Shown here: piece after piece, positions 47,915 to 57,192 of the stretch
Layout: each line of letters starts with the position of its first letter
How positions within the stretch are numbered: the stretch's first letter is position 1
Assembly (NCBI GenBank): GCA_964444415.1
Contig: CAYUHE010000003.1
Span: 26,296-90,295, forward strand
Length of the DNA stretch: 64,000 nucleotides
Source: an uncultured Gammaproteobacteria bacterium
Lineage (GTDB): Bacteria > Cyanobacteriota > Vampirovibrionia > Gastranaerophilales > CAJFVJ01
Direction: 5' to 3'
The notes under the pieces: model-generated
Told to the model about the DNA's origin: nothing
Seen by the model: the letters and a program-made list of their open reading frames with translations, nothing else
Databases searched by the model: none
Position numbers and translations under genes: made by a program

Positions 47915-48155
47915 TTATAAGCTCCTCTTTTTGTTTTCGCGGAAGTTTTTTTATCCTGCATTCTTCTTTCATTGCTTCTGATTTTGTAGCAAAAACTTTT
48001 GCGTAGACCATTTTTTCAGGTTTATTTGCTCTGGTGAATTTTGAGGCTTTGCCCGATAAATGGCTTTGAAAACGCTTTTCGATGTCGTTTGTATAGCCGC
48101 AATAAAGCTTGTTATTCTTGGTCAAAAGCAGGTATGTGTAGTGTTTTTCTTCCAT
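47898..48155 (-). CDS. GIY-YIG nuclease-family protein (UPF0213-like)
   Basis: YTYLLL...LYCGYTNDIEKRFQSH motif. 85 aa. Confidence 0.75.
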   Translation of the reverse strand: MEEKHYTYLLLTKNNKLYCGYTNDIEKRFQSHLSGKASKFTRANKPEKMVYAKVFATKSEAMKEECRIKKLPRKQKEELINENNC

Positions 48156-48180
48156 GGAAGTATTTTATCATGGAGTTTTT

Positions 48181-48210
48181 AAAAAGGCCGATTTTTTCGG
48201 TCTTTTTCTT
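48181..48210 (-). terminator. Intrinsic terminator downstream of the HEPN-like gene
   Basis: AAAAAGGCCGA-tttttt-TCGGTCTTTTT. Confidence 0.6.
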
Positions 48211-48242
48211 TTATATAGTGAGTTTCAAAAGTTATAACTTTT

Positions 48243-48926
48243 TTAGTCTTCGTTTATTTTTGAAACATTTTCTATCCAAGAGAATTTGAATATTGAATCA
48301 AAATTTACAAGGTCAAAATCAGTTAAATCATCAAATGATAGACTATTTGCTGTTAACAGCAAATAGTATTTTTCAATTAATTCTTTTAAAAAGTCAATTA
48401 TCTTATCTATTTCATTATAAGTTATTTTGTATTCTATGCTTTGTTTATTATTATGAGCTAATATTTTATTTCTGTAGACTTTTAGTTTTTTGCATTTTTC
48501 TTGTAAATTTTTTATATCCATCGTTATCATATCAATAGCACAACAAGCCCCATTTTTATTGATAATTCTATTAAATTCTTCTTTTATGTCATTCTCTGAT
48601 AAACCCAGCTTATTTTTCCAAAGTGAATAGTATTGGTCTTCAGAAAGATGCCTATCCTCTATTAGTTTTCTCATTAATGTTAATAAAGATACTGACCTAT
48701 TGTCTGGGTCTATCAATTTTATAACCTGCAATACTAGACTATATTCATAATTTTGTTTTAGCCACCAATAAAAAACGTGAGGAATGTTAAGTTTTTCATT
48801 CTTTGATATTATTTCTCTTGTTATTTCATTTATTTGTTTTGTTTTATAAATATTTAAATACAGTGAGTTTACTTTTTTGATTTTATCAATGTATTTATTA
48901 TTTAAATTTATTTTTTTATTATTCAT
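48243..48926 (-). CDS. HEPN-domain protein, AbiU2-like (candidate abortive-infection factor)
   Basis: All-helical and Lys/Asn-rich. The C-terminal-half motif is LKVYRNKILAHNN (R-x5-H). Confidence 0.45.
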   Translation of the reverse strand: MNNKKINLNNKYIDKIKKVNSLYLNIYKTKQINEITREIISKNEKLNIPHVFYWWLKQNYEYSLVLQVIKLIDPDNRSVSLLTLMRKLIEDRHLSEDQYYSLWKNKLGLSENDIKEEFNRIINKNGACCAIDMITMDIKNLQEKCKKLKVYRNKILAHNNKQSIEYKITYNEIDKIIDFLKELIEKYYLLLTANSLSFDDLTDFDLVNFDSIFKFSWIENVSKINED

Positions 48927-49017
48927 TACTACATTTTATTATGAATATATTTTTATTGCTTAGGTGATAAAAAAAACTTAAAATTTTGAGTTATAATAAA
49001 AAAATAGAGGATGAATT

Positions 49018-51855
49018 ATGCAGGATTTTATAGAAGTAATTGGTGCCAAACAGCACAATCTTAAAAATATAAACGTCAAAATTCCCAAAAATCAGCTGGT
49101 GGTTTTCACAGGTGTAAGTGGTTCAGGTAAAAGCTCTTTGGCTTTTGATACAATTTTTGCCGAAGGTCAAAGGCGCTACATTGAGAGTCTTAATACTTAT
49201 GCAAGACAGTTTTTGGGGCAGCTGGAAAAACCTGATGTCGAACACATTGAGGGGCTTTCGCCTGCTATTTCTATCGACCAAAAATCAGCCAGTCATAACC
49301 CACGTTCCACTGTTGGAACGGTTACAGAGATTTATGACCACCTGAGGCTTCTTTTTGCAAGAATCGGTACACCCCATTGCCCTGAGTGCGGTAATATAAT
49401 CACTCCGCAGTCTGTGGATGAAATTGTCGACAGCATAATGAAACTTCCCGAAGGCACAAAAATCCAAATAATAGCTCCCATTGTAAGGGGCAAAAAAGGA
49501 GAATTTACTGCGCTTCTTGAGGAACTTCGCCAAGAAGGATTTATAAGAGTCAAAATCGATAAAGAATTATTCAATCTTGATGAGGACGAAATCAAACTAT
49601 CCAAGACGCAAAAGCATGATGTTTCGGTAGTTGTAGACAGAATTGTAGTCAAAGAAAGTGCTAAATCAAGAATTGCCGACAGTGCCCAAATTGCTCTCAA
49701 ACGTTCTGATGGTTTGGTTATAGTTGATGTTGACGGCAAAGAAGTTACTTATTCCGAAAAACTTTCTTGTCATAATTGCAACTTGAGCTTTGATGAACTT
49801 GAACCCAGAATGTTCAGTTTTAACAGCCCTTACGGGGCTTGCGAGAATTGTTCGGGACTTGGAGCACACTTTGAAATCAACCCCGATTTGATTGTGCCTG
49901 ACAGTCGAAAATCTCTTAAAAACGGGGCTATTTATCCTTGGGCAAAGACTGGAAACTCTTACTATACAGATATTTTGTGGTCACTTTCATCTCATTATGG
50001 TTTTGATATGGAAATTCCGTTTGAGGAATTATCCAAAGAGCATAAAGATATTATTTTTAATGGCTCAGGCTCTCAGCGAGTACCATTGACTTACAGAGAT
50101 TTTAAAACTCAAAGAGTAAAGACTTTCAATATTGTCTATAAAGGCGTAATGGCAATGATAAAGGGGCGATACGACTATTCATCGTCTGAGATGGTTCGTG
50201 GCGAAGTTGAAAAATATATGAGCTCAATCCCGTGTTCTGCTTGTAATGGAGCTAGGCTAAAGCCATTTTCTCTTGCAGTGACGATAAATGAAAAATCCAT
50301 TTCAGATGTTTGCTTAATGCCTATAGATGAGGCATATGAATTTATTTCAGGGCTGTTTTTGACCTTGACTCCTTACCAAATGAAAATCGCCCAAAAACTT
50401 CTTAATGAAATTAGAGAAAGACTCAAATTCTTGCTGGATGTAGGTCTTGCTTATTTGTCACTTTCTCGTTCATCTAACACTCTCTCAGGTGGAGAAGCAC
50501 AGCGAATTAGGCTTGCAACTCAGATAGGGTCAGGACTTTCAGGAGTGCTTTATGTTTTAGATGAACCCAGTATCGGGCTTCATCAGGTCAATAATCAGCA
50601 GCTTCTAAATACCCTTATAAAGCTTCGCAATCTCGGTAATACCTTGATTGTGGTTGAGCATGATGAAGAAACTATCAATAAAGCGGATTGGGTTATAGAT
50701 ATTGGGCCGAGAGCAGGCGAACTTGGTGGCGAAATTGTTGCTGAAGGCACAATTGAAGAGATTAAATCCAATAAAAATTCTCTTACAGGGGAGTATTTGA
50801 GCGGTAAAAAAGAAATCCCAATCCCAAAAACCAGACGCGAAGGCAATGGGATGCAGCTCAAAATTAAAAACGCTCATCTCAATAACCTCAAAAATCTTGA
50901 TGTTGAAATTCCTATGGGTAAAATCGTCACTATCACAGGTGTTAGCGGTTCAGGAAAATCAACTTTGATTTTTGAACTTTTAAATAAATACGCCATTCAT
51001 TCATTGAGAGGAAATACGCCTAAACCCCAAGGTGTAGAAAGCATTGAGGGCTTTGAAGAAATTGACAAAATAATTGACATCGACCAATCACCGATTGGAA
51101 GAACGCCAAGAAGTAACCCTGCAACTTATACGGGCGTTTTTTCAGACATAAGAGATATTTTCGCAATGACCAATGAAGCCAAATTGAGAGGCTACAAGCC
51201 AGGCAGATTCAGCTTTAATGTCAAGGGCGGAAGGTGCGAAGCCTGTTCTGGAGACGGCATCATCAAAATAGAAATGAATTTCTTACCTGATGTTTATGTC
51301 CCTTGTGAAGTCTGCCACGGGAAACGCTATAACAGAGAGACTCTGCAGGTCAAATACAAAGGCAAATCGATCTCAGATGTGCTTGAGATGACCGTTAAAG
51401 AAGCTTTGGCGTTCTTTGAAAATATTCCTAAAATCAAAAATAAACTTCAAACCCTCAATGACGTTGGTCTCGAATACATTAAGCTTGGTCAAAGCGCCAC
51501 AACACTTTCAGGCGGTGAAGCTCAAAGGGTCAAACTTGCGACAGAGTTGCTTAAACGTTCAACAGGAAAGACGCTTTACCTGCTTGATGAGCCTTCAGTC
51601 GGGTTGCATTGGCATGATTTGAATAAACTTACGGCAATCCTTCAAAAGCTTGCTGATTCAGGCAATACAATCATTATTATTGAGCATAATATGGATGTTA
51701 TCAAAATCTCTGACCACCTCATCGACCTTGGTCCTCAAGGCGGTTCAGGCGGCGGATACATTGTAGCTCAAGGCACTCCCGAAGAAGTCTCTGAAAATGC
51801 GGAGTCTTTTACAGGAATGTATTTGAAAAAAATCTTTGATAAGGTTAATTGCTAG
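49018..51855 (+). CDS. uvrA: Excinuclease ABC subunit A
   Basis: Two ABC modules (GVSGSGKSS / GVSGSGKST) and zinc-finger Cys clusters. 945 aa. Confidence 0.97.
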   Translation: MQDFIEVIGAKQHNLKNINVKIPKNQLVVFTGVSGSGKSSLAFDTIFAEGQRRYIESLNTYARQFLGQLEKPDVEHIEGLSPAISIDQKSASHNPRSTVGTVTEIYDHLRLLFARIGTPHCPECGNIITPQSVDEIVDSIMKLPEGTKIQIIAPIVRGKKGEFTALLEELRQEGFIRVKIDKELFNLDEDEIKLSKTQKHDVSVVVDRIVVKESAKSRIADSAQIALKRSDGLVIVDVDGKEVTYSEKLSCHNCNLSFDELEPRMFSFNSPYGACENCSGLGAHFEINPDLIVPDSRKSLKNGAIYPWAKTGNSYYTDILWSLSSHYGFDMEIPFEELSKEHKDIIFNGSGSQRVPLTYRDFKTQRVKTFNIVYKGVMAMIKGRYDYSSSEMVRGEVEKYMSSIPCSACNGARLKPFSLAVTINEKSISDVCLMPIDEAYEFISGLFLTLTPYQMKIAQKLLNEIRERLKFLLDVGLAYLSLSRSSNTLSGGEAQRIRLATQIGSGLSGVLYVLDEPSIGLHQVNNQQLLNTLIKLRNLGNTLIVVEHDEETINKADWVIDIGPRAGELGGEIVAEGTIEEIKSNKNSLTGEYLSGKKEIPIPKTRREGNGMQLKIKNAHLNNLKNLDVEIPMGKIVTITGVSGSGKSTLIFELLNKYAIHSLRGNTPKPQGVESIEGFEEIDKIIDIDQSPIGRTPRSNPATYTGVFSDIRDIFAMTNEAKLRGYKPGRFSFNVKGGRCEACSGDGIIKIEMNFLPDVYVPCEVCHGKRYNRETLQVKYKGKSISDVLEMTVKEALAFFENIPKIKNKLQTLNDVGLEYIKLGQSATTLSGGEAQRVKLATELLKRSTGKTLYLLDEPSVGLHWHDLNKLTAILQKLADSGNTIIIIEHNMDVIKISDHLIDLGPQGGSGGGYIVAQGTPEEVSENAESFTGMYLKKIFDKVNC

Positions 51856-52511
51856 TTAATATTTCTCTTTACGCGATAAAAAGGTTTTGTATTTTTAAAT
51901 TTACCACCTATTTGTTCAATTGTTTGATCTAAATATTCATGAATATTATAAAACAATTGAGTGTGAAAGTCTCCATCATCTTTATTTGTCCGTTTATCCA
52001 CAGCTTTTTCTAAATAATTTAATGCGGTATTTTCATCTTTTTTTAACAGAGCTTCTTTGATTTTAGCAGCATAGGCTTCAAAATATATTGATGATTCTAT
52101 CTTTTGACTATTATTACGACCTGATAAACCTTTTTTCATTTTACTATTTTTCCACATATCAAAAAGACTTAAAGATTCTTTTGTATTTCTAGTGCGAAGA
52201 GCTTTGCTTATAAAGGCATCTTCTAAATCGAGCAAAAATGTATCCCCCTGAGAATTTTTCAAAAGAGCAATATCATCGTTTTTAATCCCTGTTTGAAAAT
52301 TGTCTTTTATGAATTTTACTTCATTTGGTTCGAGTTGGCTTAAGGTATTTTGTCTGTGTGTTATCTTCTGAATTTGTTCTTCAGTAAATTTCATCTCATT
52401 TTGGTAAAAATTTAATAAAAATTCTTGAGCTTTTTTATCGATATATAGTGATCGGCCGCTTACTATTTTGTGCATACTTTGAAAAGAAACATTTGATACA
52501 TTATTTGTCAT
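51852..52511 (-). CDS. Hypothetical protein (219 aa)
   Basis: GGAG lies 7 nt before the ATG. I recognised no motif. It is convergent with uvrA and overlaps it by 4 nt. Confidence 0.55.
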   Translation of the reverse strand: MTNNVSNVSFQSMHKIVSGRSLYIDKKAQEFLLNFYQNEMKFTEEQIQKITHRQNTLSQLEPNEVKFIKDNFQTGIKNDDIALLKNSQGDTFLLDLEDAFISKALRTRNTKESLSLFDMWKNSKMKKGLSGRNNSQKIESSIYFEAYAAKIKEALLKKDENTALNYLEKAVDKRTNKDDGDFHTQLFYNIHEYLDQTIEQIGGKFKNTKPFYRVKRNIN

Positions 52512-52614
52512 GGTTTTGCTCCGTTGGGATTAGTAATCTAACAGCATAAAAACTCTCAAGAAACGGAGTTGTTAATCTTGTAATAAATTGTAATAAAAAT
52601 TTACATTTGTGAAA

Positions 52615-52768
52615 ATTCGCTTTGCTCACTCTTGTTCGATTCCGCTGTCTTGAAATACGAACAGTTCGGTTTTCTTTACTTCATTACAGTTTAGCTTCGC
52701 AAACTTCCATTACGTCAAAAATCTCACAGAGACGAGTTTCGCTTTGCTCACTCTTGTTCGATTTCGCA
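52615..52768 (+). repeat. Structured intergenic repeat family, copy 2 (122-bp period)
   Basis: ATTCGCTTTGCTCACTCTTGTTCGATTCCGC (52615-52645) is repeated as GTTTCGCTTTGCTCACTCTTGTTCGATTTCGC (52736-52767). The interior is homologous to 39751-39835. Confidence 0.7.
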
Positions 52769-52770
52769 AT

Positions 52771-52796
52771 AAAAAAGGGCTTTATAGCCCTTTTGA
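52771..52796 (-). terminator. Orphan intrinsic terminator
   Basis: AAAAGGGC-tttata-GCCCTTTT. The U-tract is best on the minus strand (GCCCTTTTTTATT). Confidence 0.55.
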
Positions 52797-53155
52797 ACAC
52801 TTGCCTTAACCTAACTTTAACTTATTGTATTTTTCCCCTTGATATAACCTCTATTGTTTAATGTTTCATACTTATATAAAAACATTCATTATGAAATAAT
52901 TTACTTTGACTCAGGCATTTTGCTTGGTATCCAGCCTTAATGTTAGATATTTTTTATATAACATGTTAACAATTATTCTTGAATCAAAATGCAAAAAATA
53001 TATGGAATTCTTTATTGTAACAAATTATTAATAAAAGATATTTTAGATAAAAATAGACCACATGGACTAATAAGACTCACCATTGGGTAGTTAAAAAGCG
53101 ACCTCTACAAAATGTATGATAATAATACTAAAATATATAACTAGGGGGATTGTAT

Positions 53156-53536
53156 ATGCTAAATGATATCAATAGCAATATAAACAATAATCTGGGAAGT
53201 TTGGGAGCAAATCTTTTAAATAATTCTCAAAATATAAACGTTTCGAATGTGAATAATGCAATGAAAAATGCTTATATCGCAGATGCCAAAAAGAATGATT
53301 TGATAGATCAAGGGCAGATTTCTGATGAAGCAATAAAAAAATATGAAACAGAAAAAGAAATTGCTTATTATAAAAATATTCTTGTTCAAATGTTAGGGAC
53401 TGAAGAACCAAAGTCTGATAATGTTTCGGCATTAATGAAACAATTACAAAGCGGAAATTACAATATCAAAAATTCTGATTTGGCAGACTCGATGCTGTCA
53501 GATGAAGATTTGTTCAATTCATTATTTAAGATTTAA
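53156..53536 (+). CDS. flgM: FlgM-like anti-sigma-28 factor
   Basis: GGGGGA lies 6 nt before ATG 53156. The N-terminal half is Asn-rich and probably disordered. The C-terminus VSALMKQLQSGNYNIKNSDLADSML fits the FlgM signature (V..LK..I..G.Y.vd...iA..ml). Confidence 0.55.
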   Translation: MLNDINSNINNNLGSLGANLLNNSQNINVSNVNNAMKNAYIADAKKNDLIDQGQISDEAIKKYETEKEIAYYKNILVQMLGTEEPKSDNVSALMKQLQSGNYNIKNSDLADSMLSDEDLFNSLFKI

Positions 53537-53542
53537 TAGGTT

Positions 53543-54829
53543 ATGTCACAACAAACTCAAAACATGAAATCTCTTATAACTTTGAACCAGAGTGCAGTTA
53601 TTGAGGCTACGCTACATTTTGATGACAGAAAAAAAGAAGCTGATATTTTTGCTTTAGGAATGAGATTTTATAAATATCATAAGCATGATTTGGCACTGGT
53701 TTTCTTTCATAAAGCTTTAGCTATGAATGAGAATAATGCAGAAGCATATGTGAATGTAGGCAATATTTATTATAAAAGAGGCGATAAAGCCACTGCTGCT
53801 AATTTTTGGAAATATGCAATAGAAATCAATCCTAATCTTGAAAAAGCCTATTTGAATTTGGGGAATTATTGCTACGAGCAAGGCGATACAGAACAGGCGA
53901 TTTCATATTGGCTTATTATGCAATCAATTAATCCTATGGATGAAAATGTTTTATATAATTTAGGGATTGGATATGAAAAGAAAAATAATTTATTCATGTC
54001 AAATTTTTATTATAAAAAATATCTGGAAAGAGCGACTTTTGACAGGGGATCTAGCAAGTATGAAAAAATTGTTAAAAAAACCTGGAATCTAAAAAAGAAA
54101 GCTATGCATAATTTTAATCTTGGATTAAAGTGCCAAAAACAGAAAGAATTTTTGAAAGCTCTAAAGGCTTATTTGGCTATAATTCAAGGATATCCTGATC
54201 ATATGAAGGCGAATCTTAATGCCGGAAGTATTTGTTTTATGTATGAAAAATATGAAGATTCTGTAAAGTATTGGAGCACAGCATTTTTGATTGATTCTTA
54301 TAATCAAAAAAACACTGCAAATTTGGCGATTGCATATGATAAATTAGAACAATTTTCTTATGCATATTGTTTTTACAAAAGATTTTTAGATTTTGAAGTT
54401 GATGAAAAGTCTTTTGAAAAAGTAAAAATAGAAGAGAGAATGGTCGAAATTGAAAAACTTTTGGGCGACAAAAATGCTTATTATTCATCACATTATTCCA
54501 AAGCTGAAAGTTTTTCTAAAGATAAAGAGTATTTGAAAGCATTGGTTGAATATGAAAATTGTAATTTATTAAAGCCTGATAATGAAGAATTGATTAAAAA
54601 AATCGAGGTTTTGCAAGCGACAATGTTCCCTGAAGATATTTTGTCTTTAAGGTATATGGAAACAGGTTCAAAAGCTTTGGAAAAATTAGATATATCAGTT
54701 GCAATGCATTGTTTTAAAACTGCTTACGATTTTAATCCTCATGCTGAGCATATTTCTGAGTTGAAACAAAAAATGTATAGATGTGCTAAAATTATAGAGA
54801 AATTAGACGAACATCATCAGAAAATATAA
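53543..54829 (+). CDS. Tetratricopeptide repeat protein
   Basis: Multiple TPR units. It is tightly linked to both neighbours. Confidence 0.75.
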   Translation: MSQQTQNMKSLITLNQSAVIEATLHFDDRKKEADIFALGMRFYKYHKHDLALVFFHKALAMNENNAEAYVNVGNIYYKRGDKATAANFWKYAIEINPNLEKAYLNLGNYCYEQGDTEQAISYWLIMQSINPMDENVLYNLGIGYEKKNNLFMSNFYYKKYLERATFDRGSSKYEKIVKKTWNLKKKAMHNFNLGLKCQKQKEFLKALKAYLAIIQGYPDHMKANLNAGSICFMYEKYEDSVKYWSTAFLIDSYNQKNTANLAIAYDKLEQFSYAYCFYKRFLDFEVDEKSFEKVKIEERMVEIEKLLGDKNAYYSSHYSKAESFSKDKEYLKALVEYENCNLLKPDNEELIKKIEVLQATMFPEDILSLRYMETGSKALEKLDISVAMHCFKTAYDFNPHAEHISELKQKMYRCAKIIEKLDEHHQKI

Positions 54830-54831
54830 AA

Positions 54832-55263
54832 ATGTTTAAACAAATAAAAGAAAAATTAAAAACCTTTTTTTACTCTAAAATTTTGAAAAGAAAATACACA
54901 AGAAAAGGTTCTTGCAAAGGTTGTGGAAGGTGTTGCCAAAGGATTTATGTGCGCCATGCTTCTGATGTCATAAAAACCGAAGCAGAATTTGAAAAGCTTA
55001 AAACTTTGCATTTTTTTTACGGGTATCTTAAAGTCCTCGATAAAGATGAAGTCGGGCTTGTTTTTGAGTGCTCTAAGCTTGATAAAGAATCAGGTAAATG
55101 CACAGCTTATAACAAAAGACCTGTTCTTTGCAGGCAATATCCTGTGGAAGAACTTTTTATGATGGGTGGAAGTATTACAGAGAATTGCGGCTATAGTTTT
55201 GAGCCGATACAAAAATTCGAAGAAGTTTTGAGCAAGGCTAAAGCTAAAATTTCCAAAAATTAG
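54832..55263 (+). CDS. YkgJ/UPF0153 family CxxCxxCC zinc/iron-chelating protein (FliB-related family)
   Basis: CKGCGRCCQ motif plus a second Cys cluster (CSKLDKESGKCTAYNKRPVLC). Confidence 0.7.
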   Translation: MFKQIKEKLKTFFYSKILKRKYTRKGSCKGCGRCCQRIYVRHASDVIKTEAEFEKLKTLHFFYGYLKVLDKDEVGLVFECSKLDKESGKCTAYNKRPVLCRQYPVEELFMMGGSITENCGYSFEPIQKFEEVLSKAKAKISKN

Positions 55264-55377
55264 TCTTTGCACTTAAAACAAATGAGTATTAAAATAATTA
55301 AAAACCAATTATTTTTTTACGTAAGCGTAAAATTTCGATTAAAAATAACAATACTAGATTAAAAAGGTCAAAATAGA

Positions 55378-57180
55378 ATGAAAAATTTAGTTATCAGAAT
55401 TTGCGGAACGGCTGGAGAAGGCGTTATCAGTTCAGGTGATATTTTTGCTTTGGCAGTAGCCAGAAGTGAGTATTACGTTACAACTTTCAGGTCTTTCCCA
55501 TCAGAAATCAGAGGGCAAGGACAATGCTCTTTTCAATTGAAAATAAGTGAAGAAAAAGCTTTTACGACAGGTCTAAGGCCAAATGTTTTGATAGGGCTTA
55601 ATGAACAGGCTATTGCCGATAATATACCTCTTTTGCGTTCAGGCGGAATTCTTATAATGGACTCTGATGTTGTCCAAAATACTTACGATGAATGCTCAGG
55701 AATCGTTAAATATCGTATCCCGATTACTACTATAGCAACAGAAACAGCATCATTAATAGCCAAAAACATGGTTGCAATTGGGGTTATGGCAGGACTAGTG
55801 CCTCAGCTTGGGCTGAAAGAACAGCTCAAAAAAGATATTCAAAAAAGATATTCAAAAAAAGGTCAAAAAGTAATTGATTCTAACATAAAAGCCTTTGAAG
55901 AAGGTTACAAATATGCAACTGAAGAAATAGTACGAGAAGATAATTTGTCTGCTATTTCAATGAAAAAATCAGGTGAAAAACTTATTATGAGCGGTAATGA
56001 AGCTATTGCTTTGGCTTCGGTTGTTGCAGGGTGCAGATTTTATTCCGGTTATCCTATTACTCCAGCCACAGAAATAATGGAATGGCTGGCCCTTGAAATG
56101 CCAAAAGTCAATGGGATTATGCTTCAATGCGAAGATGAAATCGCTGCAATTGCAGCGGCTATAGGGGCATCTTATGGCGGAGCAAAAGCAATGACAGCTA
56201 CAAGTGGACCGGGTTTGTCACTTATGGCAGAAGCTCTCGGGCTTGCTTCTATGGCGGAGCTTCCTTTGGTAATTGTTGATGTTCAGCGCGGAGGTCCAAG
56301 TACGGGCTTACCGACCAAAACTGAACAAAGTGACTTGAATATGGCAATTTACGGGACTCACGGCGAAGCTCCCAAAATAGTTATAGCTCCTATGAATGTC
56401 GAAGATTGTTTTTATCAAACTATAAATGCCTTCAATTTTGCCGAAAAATACCAAATGCCTGTAATATTGTTGTCTGATGCGGCTATCGGGCAACGAAAAG
56501 AATGTGTAGACAAAATTGATATCGAAAAAATAAAAATCGAAAATCGTCTTAAATACAATAAAGAAGATGATAAAGGACTTTATGTAAGATATAAAAATAC
56601 TTTTAATGGCGTTTCCCCTATCTCAAGTCCAGGAGATAAAGGCGGAGCTTATGTTGCAACAGGTTTAGAGCATACAGAATTTTGCAGACCTTCTTCTGCT
56701 CCTGATGTTCACAAGATGATGACAGAAAAACGTTTCAAAAAACTTGAAACAGCAGCGCATGATTTTATTCCTGCAAAGACTTACGGTCCTGATGATGCCA
56801 AAATCGGTATAATCACTTGGGGCGGTACAACAGGTGCTGTTCTTGAGGCTGTAGATATGGCTCGAGAAAAAGGTTACAAAATTCAAGCTCTTTATCCTAG
56901 AACGATTTATCCTTTGCCGGATCAATGGCTGAACAAATTTTTGGAAGGAAAAGAAATAGTGATGGTGGCAGAAACGAATTATACTGCTCAATTACTTCAT
57001 ACACTTGTTTATAGGCTCAATAAAATCAATAAAGATATAAAATTATTCCCAATCCTAAAATACAACGGAGAGCCTTTTAGCGCAAGAGAAGTCTTTGACA
57101 AAGTTGATCAAGTAATTCGCGAGCAAACTTTGAGATACACCATTTTTGAGACCGAAACAGACGATTCATACAAATTTTAA
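55378..57180 (+). CDS. 2-oxoacid:ferredoxin oxidoreductase, fused gamma-alpha subunit (KorA type)
   Basis: N-terminal gamma domain (ICGTAGEGVISSG) fused to an alpha domain (GNEAIALASVVAGCRFYSGYPITPATEI). 600 aa. Confidence 0.85.
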   Translation: MKNLVIRICGTAGEGVISSGDIFALAVARSEYYVTTFRSFPSEIRGQGQCSFQLKISEEKAFTTGLRPNVLIGLNEQAIADNIPLLRSGGILIMDSDVVQNTYDECSGIVKYRIPITTIATETASLIAKNMVAIGVMAGLVPQLGLKEQLKKDIQKRYSKKGQKVIDSNIKAFEEGYKYATEEIVREDNLSAISMKKSGEKLIMSGNEAIALASVVAGCRFYSGYPITPATEIMEWLALEMPKVNGIMLQCEDEIAAIAAAIGASYGGAKAMTATSGPGLSLMAEALGLASMAELPLVIVDVQRGGPSTGLPTKTEQSDLNMAIYGTHGEAPKIVIAPMNVEDCFYQTINAFNFAEKYQMPVILLSDAAIGQRKECVDKIDIEKIKIENRLKYNKEDDKGLYVRYKNTFNGVSPISSPGDKGGAYVATGLEHTEFCRPSSAPDVHKMMTEKRFKKLETAAHDFIPAKTYGPDDAKIGIITWGGTTGAVLEAVDMAREKGYKIQALYPRTIYPLPDQWLNKFLEGKEIVMVAETNYTAQLLHTLVYRLNKINKDIKLFPILKYNGEPFSAREVFDKVDQVIREQTLRYTIFETETDDSYKF

Positions 57181-57192
57181 AAGGAAAAAGTA

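Noticed and set aside
48156-48200. A TPP riboswitch upstream of the GIY-YIG/thiS unit.
   Set aside because: The upstream region is under 90 nt and is taken up by a terminator hairpin. No THI-box-like sequence (CUGAGA...ACCUGA) was seen.
49332-49739. Many 60-135-aa ORFs antisense to or out of frame within long genes, for example inside uvrA, aroC, the nucleotidase, RuvB, the ABC genes and atp genes.
   Set aside because: They are fully nested in confidently identified CDS. They have biased Ser/Leu/Phe-rich composition typical of shadow frames in AT-rich DNA, and no SD.
52615-52768. The 31-32-nt direct repeats starting GTTTCGC looked superficially like CRISPR repeats.
   Set aside because: There are only two repeats per locus. 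The 'spacer' is about 89 nt and is itself conserved between the two loci. No cas genes or leader are present. It is treated as a dispersed structured repeat instead.
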